Assembly (NCBI GenBank): GCA_001785965.1
Contig: MFVF01000034.1
Coordinates: 1-39,896, forward strand
DNA length: 39,896 bases
From: Candidatus Nomurabacteria bacterium RIFCSPLOWO2_01_FULL_42_20
GTDB lineage: Bacteria > Patescibacteriota > Minisyncoccia > Phycocordibacterales > CAZVEC01
Direction: 5' to 3'
Below the pieces are notes generated by a model that worked only from the letters and a program-made list of their open reading frames with translations, ran no database searches and was not told where the DNA came from. The position numbers and the translations under genes are program-made. Below, one piece after another: positions 28,701-34,050 of this stretch (position 1 is its first letter; each line of letters starts with the position of its first letter).

Positions 28701-28806
28701 TGAAGCTCAAGAAAAAGAAAAAAGGAGAAAGGAGGAAAAAAAAGTTGACATGGTTATGAGAAAAATGGATGAGCTAAGAAAAGAAATGCGAGAAAACGTT
28801 AGATAG
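25711..28806 (+). CDS. Large secreted protein with an N-proximal Hint (intein-like) domain and FN3-like modules
   Basis: Signal peptide ending TEA-Q. Hint domain from CFPAGTKITMADG (25924) to TYNLKV..FFADGVLVHN (26370). FN3-type strands YYWRVRG and LLPDTKYYWRVKS. Confidence 0.9.
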   Translation: MLKHMSKKILLRFLIISLLFSSGFFVFPQNTEAQEAPAGQHWERQWVLSDSSSNGQYQSYRMELVLVADDACFPAGTKITMADGAEKNIEDVEIGDFVLAYDEESGEKKSAKVLEIESPMAEGYYALNDDLLRVTDEHPIYTRKKDGTVGWGSILPEKTKELLRWRSILSLEAGDSVFTQDNEWVELTSIEYIEGEIQTYNLKVVEPYQTFFADGVLVHNKPPEKEEVGGGNSETNSYTFGTEQSGLAIEVTSKSKVIAKPFAVCIPLPEIPGAVSYEWRIFADGQEVPRFQFPSTPFSQNTDEPIGCITIGYGAGGAIELGKPWSHTLYNNTTFSYDIRPLNVDGAPLFPFYNNGWLPREITSIPPHALPLTLKRLDWSGVFTAPPSTVEYALVIRENLNDIISFNPSTAYTFRNILANETSAKVWEEKEGWYYWGLDALDAYGDVLGVPAPSTTYASGLTWNFGPPTSINGHFFYIPPEPGQEPGYRASGAGSETQRTPYLQWNRIPGAVKYQLQILNEEYWTEYPGVAGYAGNFTYIDFNPDTSPTANEKFITLPDQAYNNDPYYGYGTWASGTLIRYAPPQYQIPVKYPQASRAYYWRVRGIDGDGNVVGTRPMSYNGGSVYFEQPVFEYKNVGVLWNRDPNAKYDIVDLVQNPADFDLLPTAPGDPILPGKGTKDQQILMNEKKKSFFGSLLAKISQIAHAQGGGGNDGDMPFLIRKVIVGTPTSEEVVAKNLAKLMRDAVINYGHLMFFDIVIDGGKELHQFFIDYCDNDPNVVGEFEYDTLCHPDGVYGWAIKVCEMDYPGVSQWREFENCLWPKVINGQIIVTGNVITVNHPSSSFNVIDASTGSANIVINELNSTTTTLTLTGNQGQFILEFPSLADFKIISPSVDLGGQIYYEFENLLPDTKYYWRVKSAGEGPPTNGGGNLITSHWTAIASFTTPPTNPIFFEEPELELVAPVSLKGKEPFFKESGFSNFIGRIKFRLDTLFQGKTEAQEKEKRRKEEKKVDMVMRKMDELRKEMRENVR

Positions 28807-28878
28807 ATAAAAGAGCAGAGATAGTAAACTATCTGAATAGTAAAAAAGAACTGAAGATAAGCATAAATCCTCCAAAAT

Positions 28879-28914
28879 AAAAAGGCGGTTCGACAATTAT
28901 TGAACCGCCTTTTG
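28879..28914. terminator. Bidirectional terminator
   Basis: aaaaggcggttc...gaaccgcctttt between convergent genes. Confidence 0.8.
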
Positions 28915-28932
28915 GCTTTGTATTTTTTATAT

Positions 28933-29568
28933 TCATTCCGGACTGAATAATTTACCATTAGCACTGTCGGCAAATTGAATGGCAAAAATTTTTTCATACT
29001 TATTTACTATAGAATATCCTCTTTCATTATTTAATAATTTTTGAACAGATATTCTTTCGCGCTCATTGTTACTATTGTAAATAAGTTCATTAGTGATTGA
29101 ATTATATCCGACAAGTAATATAAAATGATCCGCTGTCCACTCCGGGTGCTCATCCGGATAAATTTTCACCCCCAGCAAAACAGGATTATTGTTTAAGATT
29201 GCTGGTATAATTACTTTATTCAAATATTCTGAATATCTTCGAGTAATTATTGAGATGTCTTTGTATGTAATATCATTTTTCTCAAGGGCTTTTATTATTT
29301 CATTCCCATGTAATCCTCTGCCCGGGTTTCTCACGGATTCATTTATTTCCTTTTGAGACATAGCTTTCTCTTGCATTCTGAAAACCGTAGATAAGCAATC
29401 CTCCCCGCAACCTCCTTCTTTAATGTCAAGAGAGCTTTCTGGCGGATCGGCATTTGGTATTATATAATCATGGTTTAAGTTTTCAGAATTTCTATTGTGA
29501 GGTTCAATCTGTCCGAATAAATTCAAACTAACTAATACGATGCTGTAAATAATGAGTATTTTTTTCAT
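28933..29568 (-). CDS. Secreted C39-like (papain-fold) cysteine peptidase
   Basis: Signal peptide; GGCGEDC, DHFILLVGY and LIYNSN give a putative Cys-His-Asn triad; GGAGG Shine-Dalgarno upstream. Confidence 0.7.
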   Translation of the reverse strand: MKKILIIYSIVLVSLNLFGQIEPHNRNSENLNHDYIIPNADPPESSLDIKEGGCGEDCLSTVFRMQEKAMSQKEINESVRNPGRGLHGNEIIKALEKNDITYKDISIITRRYSEYLNKVIIPAILNNNPVLLGVKIYPDEHPEWTADHFILLVGYNSITNELIYNSNNERERISVQKLLNNERGYSIVNKYEKIFAIQFADSANGKLFSPE

Positions 29569-29772
29569 TTTGCCTCCTATTTTAATTTCAAAAATCTACA
29601 TTTAATTGTTTTAACTATACATTAATCGCTGAAAATGTCAAATTTTTCCTATGGCACTCTCAAGTTTCAATCGCACCACTTAAGCAATATCATGAAAATA
29701 TATGAAACATTTGAATAGGGCAGAAGATCCTTGTGAGGCGGGGCGAGAGAACGAAGCAGACAAGCAAGAACG

Positions 29773-30009
29773 GCCAGAGCTAGACCGGGTCTAGCTCTGG
29801 CTCGAATTGGCCGGGAAACCCCTGTTGAAACCTGGTTTCAACAGTTCTTCAAAAATTAAAGATTTTGTCGAATATTTTCTAGAAAACACCCCCGTCAAGG
29901 AGCCTCCTTGACGGGGGTGGACTTTTAGTAAATTATTAGAAAGTGATAACTGAAGTCAGACCTCAGCAAACCCTTTATTGACGGCCCTTTACTGAGGTCT
30001 GAATTCAGT
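29773..30009. repeat. Cluster of four unrelated palindromes
   Basis: Perfect arms at 29773-29801, 29822-29844 and 29887-29919; 18-bp near-perfect arms at 29949-30009. Confidence 0.9.
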
Positions 30010-30152
30010 CTATGGAAAAAGGGGTCTGCCAAAGGGGAGTCCTTTGGTTTGATGATTTTCCCGTTGGCTATTATGAAAAAAGCGACAATGAATTTACCGC
30101 TTTAACACAAAAAAAAGCCCGCGAGAGGGCTTTTGTTGTATCTTTCGGTTTT

Positions 30153-30374
30153 TTAATCATCACTCGCAAGACCAAAACCGTCAGCAAGACGGTTTCCCAA
30201 TCTTTTTTTACTGCTGTAATCCGAACAATCCAGGGTTTGGTTATTTTTTATCACCTCGCCGCTTGGGTTTTGCTCCTCTTGACTTGTGGGGGATTTTTGA
30301 TTTAACCCTTCAAAAAACTCTTTTTTGGCTTTTTTTAGCCTTGAATAAAAAGAACGTTTCTTTACTTTTGCCAT
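30153..30374 (-). CDS. Small hypothetical protein (MAKVKKRSFYSR...)
   Basis: ATG at 30374; terminator-like hairpin at about 30111-30134 downstream. Confidence 0.45.
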   Translation of the reverse strand: MAKVKKRSFYSRLKKAKKEFFEGLNQKSPTSQEEQNPSGEVIKNNQTLDCSDYSSKKRLGNRLADGFGLASDD

Positions 30375-30476
30375 TATTTTTGATTTTGAAAATGAAAAAA
30401 TGAACGAAAACTGCACTTATGGTAACATATTAAAATTAAAAGTCAAATCCTCAATGCCAAAATGCCCATATGGGCC

Positions 30477-30512
30477 ATACCTACACCTGGTGTCGACACC
30501 AGGTGTAGGTAT
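30477..30512. repeat. Perfect 36-bp palindrome
   Basis: atacctacacctggtgtc|gacaccaggtgtaggtat. Confidence 0.95.
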
Positions 30513-30588
30513 TTTGACGGTAACCTTTTTAATGAGCTAGAACGAAATATGGTATAATAAGTAAATTATTAGTAATTTTTTAAAATTT

Positions 30589-31293
30589 ATGATTAAAAAA
30601 ATATCTATTGGTTTTGTGATAATGGCTTTGCTTTTTGCCTTTTCGGTGACTGCGGTCAGGGCGCAAGAGGCGAGCATTGACGTTAAGGCCGAACTGGGTA
30701 TTGAAAATGTTGGCCGATTGCCGGGGAGCCCCTGGTATTTCTTGAAAGAACTGCGCCGAGGCATAAGCAAGCTGTTTGCTTTTGGTTCGGTCAGAAAGGC
30801 CGAAGTAGAACTTGAGATTGCTAACGAGAAAGCGGCGGAAGTCGTGGTCCTGGAAGAGAAAGAACCCCTTAATACGGCGGCTATCAAACAGGCCATGGCT
30901 AATTATGGCGAGTCCAAAGAAAGGCTGGCCGAAAGAGTCAAGAGACTGGAAGCGGAATCTGATAATCCGAATGTTGAAAAACTGCTCATCAAGATTGAAG
31001 AGCAGTCTGCCAAACACGCGGAAGTTTTCAGTAAATTAGAAGCTAGGTTTAAAGTTGAGCCAGTTGAGTTGGAGTCTGGTCTGGATATGGATTTTGAGGT
31101 AGAGACAAAGGTAGAAGTAGAGGGAGCGGCAAAGGCGACAATGCCTTCAACTTCAATCAGCGAAGAGGTTGAGCCGGTAGCAAGTCCGGCAACAAGTCCG
31201 ACAACAAGTTTAGAAACAAGCATTGAACAAGATTTAGAAGCAATACAATTACCAGAATTAGAGGATCTTAATTTAGGAGACTTTAACTACTAA
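30589..31293 (+). CDS. DUF5667-like secreted helical protein
   Basis: Signal peptide; GRLPGSPWYFLKE motif; acidic low-complexity tail. Confidence 0.75.
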   Translation: MIKKISIGFVIMALLFAFSVTAVRAQEASIDVKAELGIENVGRLPGSPWYFLKELRRGISKLFAFGSVRKAEVELEIANEKAAEVVVLEEKEPLNTAAIKQAMANYGESKERLAERVKRLEAESDNPNVEKLLIKIEEQSAKHAEVFSKLEARFKVEPVELESGLDMDFEVETKVEVEGAAKATMPSTSISEEVEPVASPATSPTTSLETSIEQDLEAIQLPELEDLNLGDFNY

Positions 31294-31300
31294 ATAAACT

Positions 31301-31381
31301 ATGACTAAAAAAATCACAACCCCAGTAGCAGATCCTCGCACCGAATGCGCGCTCGGCTCGCTACGGGGCGAGAAGCGGTAA
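31301..31381 (+). pseudogene. Dead duplicate of the glutaredoxin 5' end cut by a palindromic element
   Basis: ATGACTAAAAAAATCACAA versus ATGACTAAAAAAATTACAA at 31428; element at 31319-31372. Confidence 0.8.
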
Positions 31382-31427
31382 AACAAACTTTATAACATTA
31401 TAGACTTTATAACTTTATAACTAACTT

Positions 31428-31688
31428 ATGACTAAAAAAATTACAATTTACTCAACACCGAGCTGTCATTTTTGCCACGCGGCTAAGGATTTTTTCAAGG
31501 AAAATAAAATTAAATTTACCGATTATGATGTCTCAACCGATATGGAGAGGCGCAAAGAGATGATTGATCTGACAGGCCAGATGGGCGTGCCGGTCATTGT
31601 CATTGGTGATCCCTCGGATCCATCGGGGCAAGCAGAAACTCTTATTGGTTTTGACAAGCGCAAAATCAAAGAATTGCTCGGGCTTTAA
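31428..31688 (+). CDS. Glutaredoxin-like protein (NrdH/YruB type)
   Basis: IYSTPSCHFC, TGQMGVPVIVI, IGFD; an extra PSDPSGQA peptide. Confidence 0.92.
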   Translation: MTKKITIYSTPSCHFCHAAKDFFKENKIKFTDYDVSTDMERRKEMIDLTGQMGVPVIVIGDPSDPSGQAETLIGFDKRKIKELLGL

Positions 31689-31693
31689 TTGTG

Positions 31694-31839
31694 GTCAGGA
31701 ATAATTTTTTTGTCGTCACAAAAAAATTTTCACGACCCTGGCTCGGTAATTTTTTCTGCTGAAAAAATTATACCTGCGCCGGGCACAAAACGCAGAAAAG
31801 TTCCGCGGGGAACTTTTCTTGAAATTGCGTTTTGTGCCC
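31694..31839. repeat. Multi-hairpin structured element downstream of tRNA-Arg
   Basis: aatttttttgt/acaaaaaaatt, taattttttc/gaaaaaatta, and gggcacaaaacgca/tgcgttttgtgccc enclosing gaaaagttcc/ggaacttttc. Confidence 0.75.
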
Positions 31840-31906
31840 CCGGCCAGAATTGAACTGACATCAGACCCTTAGGACGGGCCTGTTCTATCCGTTGAACTAC
31901 GGGGGC
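31835..31906 (-). tRNA. tRNA-Arg(CCT), CCA not encoded
   Basis: GCCCCCG/CGGGGGC acceptor stem, GGCCC-GTCCTAA-GGGTC anticodon arm, GTCAG-TTCAATT-CTGGC T arm. Confidence 0.9.
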
Positions 31907-31953
31907 ATTGAATCCCGACGCTTTCCCCGACTTTACGTCGGGGCTACGGGGGC
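31907..31953 (-). pseudogene. Duplicate tRNA-Arg 5' end interrupted by nested palindromes
   Basis: Minus strand reads GCCCCCGTAG[ccccgacgtaaagtcggggaaagcgtcggga]TTCAAT, then the intact GCCCCCGTAGTTCAAC. Confidence 0.75.
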
Positions 31954-31987
31954 CTTGAAATATAAAAATTTGTGCTAATATATTAAC

Positions 31988-32260
31988 ATGGAAAATGAGG
32001 AAATAAAAACATTACTTGAGGCGAATTTAAAGCTTTCTAAAGAGAATAATAAGCTCCTGCACAAAGTCCGCGGGGTTCAAAAAAAGCATTATTTTTTTCT
32101 GGGTTTAAGATGGCTTGTTATAATAGCCCTTCTTTTCGGCGCCTATTATTACATTCAGCCTTATTTAAAGCAGATCGTCGAGGTTTATAATTCGATTCCG
32201 AATTTAGGCAAGATTGATATTGGAAACATTGAAGGTTTGATAGAAGGCCTAAGGCCATAA
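31988..32260 (+). CDS. Hypothetical single-pass membrane protein
   Basis: Coiled-coil N-terminus and one TM helix. Confidence 0.75.
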   Translation: MENEEIKTLLEANLKLSKENNKLLHKVRGVQKKHYFFLGLRWLVIIALLFGAYYYIQPYLKQIVEVYNSIPNLGKIDIGNIEGLIEGLRP

Positions 32261-32264
32261 ACAA

Positions 32265-32339
32265 GCCGCGGTAGCTCAGTGGCAGAGCGCTGCCCTGAAG
32301 AGGCAGGCGTCGGGTGTTCGATTCACCCCCGCGGCACCA
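32265..32339 (+). tRNA. tRNA-Phe(GAA) with encoded CCA
   Basis: GCCGCGG/CCGCGGC acceptor stem, CTGCC-CTGAAGA-GGCAG anticodon arm, GGGTG-TTCGATT-CACCC T arm. Confidence 0.96.
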
Positions 32340-32348
32340 GAAATTTAT

Positions 32349-32618
32349 ATGGAAAATATTGATGAGACAAAAAATAATAAAAGTGAAAATATAATTCTAA
32401 TGGAAAGACAGGGTTTAACTGCGCATCTTCGTAATGCATTAGGACCTTTTAAGAGTCACATTACGATGATGGAAATGATAGATAAGGGCGAAGTTCCAGC
32501 CGATAAGATTGAAGATTTTAAAAAAATTCAAAAGGAAAATATTAAAATACTGAAAGAGAATCTTGATAACATTATGGAGGTCATTGTGTATCTTGAAAAA
32601 AATAACAAGAATATATAA
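32349..32618 (+). CDS. Hypothetical protein with weak similarity to a histidine kinase dimerisation (HisKA) hairpin
   Basis: LTAHLRNALGP resembles the H-box (SHELRTPL); 89 aa, helical. Confidence 0.5.
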   Translation: MENIDETKNNKSENIILMERQGLTAHLRNALGPFKSHITMMEMIDKGEVPADKIEDFKKIQKENIKILKENLDNIMEVIVYLEKNNKNI

Positions 32619-32621
32619 AAC

Positions 32622-32647
32622 AAAAATCCGCTCTAGGGCGGATTTTT
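32622..32647. terminator. Bidirectional terminator
   Basis: aaaaatccgc-tctagg-gcggattttt between convergent genes. Confidence 0.8.
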
Positions 32648-32660
32648 GTTTTTCTATTTT

Positions 32661-33119
32661 TTAGAGAGACTTGACTTTGAGATTTGCTTTTTTAGTTTTA
32701 TCAATCTTGGGCAGCTTGATGATAAGGAGGCCGTGTTTTTCAACCGCTTCAGCTTCCTCCGGCTCTACTTCTTGGGGCAGGAGAATAGTTCTAGAAAATG
32801 CGCCCCAATAAAGTTCTTGAATAAAATAATTGTCTTCGCTGATGGTTTTGTTTTCCTCACGACGGCCTTTGATAGTGATCATGTCCCGGCCGATTTCAAT
32901 CTGCATGTCCTCGGGTTTCACGCCGGCGGCCATAGTTTGGACAATAATATCTGTCGGTGTCTGGTAAACATCGACAGTCAATTGAGCCTCTTCGGCCTCT
33001 TCTTCCATCCAATTATCTTTTGGAGGCATTTTACCCATTCTATCGTATTCACTGCCCGCTTCATCTTCTTCTAATCTAACCCCGCCCGTAAGCCTGTCAA
33101 AAAAAGATCTTTTTTTCAT
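32661..33119 (-). CDS. Hsp20/alpha-crystallin family protein
   Basis: VDVYQT, ITIKGRRE, ELYWGAFSRTILLP, HGLLIIKLPK. Confidence 0.93.
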   Translation of the reverse strand: MKKRSFFDRLTGGVRLEEDEAGSEYDRMGKMPPKDNWMEEEAEEAQLTVDVYQTPTDIIVQTMAAGVKPEDMQIEIGRDMITIKGRREENKTISEDNYFIQELYWGAFSRTILLPQEVEPEEAEAVEKHGLLIIKLPKIDKTKKANLKVKSL

Positions 33120-33212
33120 GATTGATTTTGTTGACGAACGAAGTGAGGATTACAAAATTTTACAAAAATATAGTCGTTCACTCCGTTCACTTCTTATTTT
33201 TTTAATAATTTT

Positions 33213-33932
33213 TTAAACTTGACCTTGAATTTGTTTGAAGGCGGTTGAAGCGCCCATTCTTCGAAGCTTCTCCAAAATTAGAATTATGATTATAGTCACC
33301 ACCCACAGAAAAGCGAAGATTCGGAGAAAGTTCTCGCCCCCGTCCCTAATTATATAAAAGTTAAAGGCAGTATGCAAGGCAATGGCGAAAATCAAGCCGC
33401 CCAAAAGGTACAATCCCTTAACAGCGGCTTTTTTAAAGAAGGCCAGACCCAAGGCTACGCCTACAAAAGCGCTTGAGGTGGCATGAAGAAGCGTGGCTCC
33501 AAGGAAGCGAAGATTGCCCGTAAGCAGGCTGACGGTCGTTTCTTGCAATGAAATTGGCTGGATTAAGAAAAGGATGTTTTCAAAGGCGGCAAAACCCAAG
33601 GCCGCGGTAATCATATAAATGGCCGGATCGATCGGCTCGTCATTGAACTTGCTTTTAAGAGCCAAAACGGCCGCCGCCAGGTATTTTATAACCTCCTCCA
33701 TGAAACTTAAGGCAAGGACGAGCGAAATCTTGCCGCCGGTAATGTAGATGCTGGCGACTTTCTCAAGCGGCAGGACAAGAATGACGGAAATCATGCCTAA
33801 AATAAAAGTAAGAAGGATCAGGCCTTTGGGTTCGGGATTTTCTTTGTCTTCCCGAAGCCAGAACCACAGCCAAATCAAGGCCGGAATGACGCCGATCAGA
33901 ACTGCTATTAAAAGTGTTTTTGGATCAGTCAT
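33213..33932 (-). CDS. PrsW family intramembrane metalloprotease
   Basis: EDKENPEP, EEVIK, ALGFAAFENILF, LLHA and ALHTAFN motifs. Confidence 0.92.
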   Translation of the reverse strand: MTDPKTLLIAVLIGVIPALIWLWFWLREDKENPEPKGLILLTFILGMISVILVLPLEKVASIYITGGKISLVLALSFMEEVIKYLAAAVLALKSKFNDEPIDPAIYMITAALGFAAFENILFLIQPISLQETTVSLLTGNLRFLGATLLHATSSAFVGVALGLAFFKKAAVKGLYLLGGLIFAIALHTAFNFYIIRDGGENFLRIFAFLWVVTIIIILILEKLRRMGASTAFKQIQGQV

Positions 33933-33936
33933 AGAA

Positions 33937-34050
33937 TAAGTGAATCAAGTAAGGCAAGTGAATCAAGTAAAGCAAGTAAAGCAAGTGAATCAAGTAAGGC
34001 AAGTGAATCAAGTTAAATAATATATCAGCTTGCCTCGCTTACCTTGCTTG
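33937..34050. repeat. Degenerate 9-mer tandem array (AAGTGAATC/AAGTAAGGC) with an inverted arm overlapping the valS stop
   Basis: Eight consecutive 9-mers, then cttgcctcgcttaccttgcttg. Confidence 0.9.

Noticed and set aside
29773-30009. Regularly spaced palindromes as a CRISPR or attC array
   Set aside because: The palindromes share no sequence, lack attC core sites, and the spacers are too short for cassettes.
30012-30305. 97-aa ORF on the + strand
   Set aside because: It crosses a terminator-like hairpin and overlaps an opposite-strand ORF; at most its first ~35 codons may be a pseudogene relic.
32646-33074. 142-aa + strand ORF (and similar antisense ORFs over leuS, murJ, lepA, valS, tsaD)
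   Set aside because: Shadow ORFs of well-supported genes.
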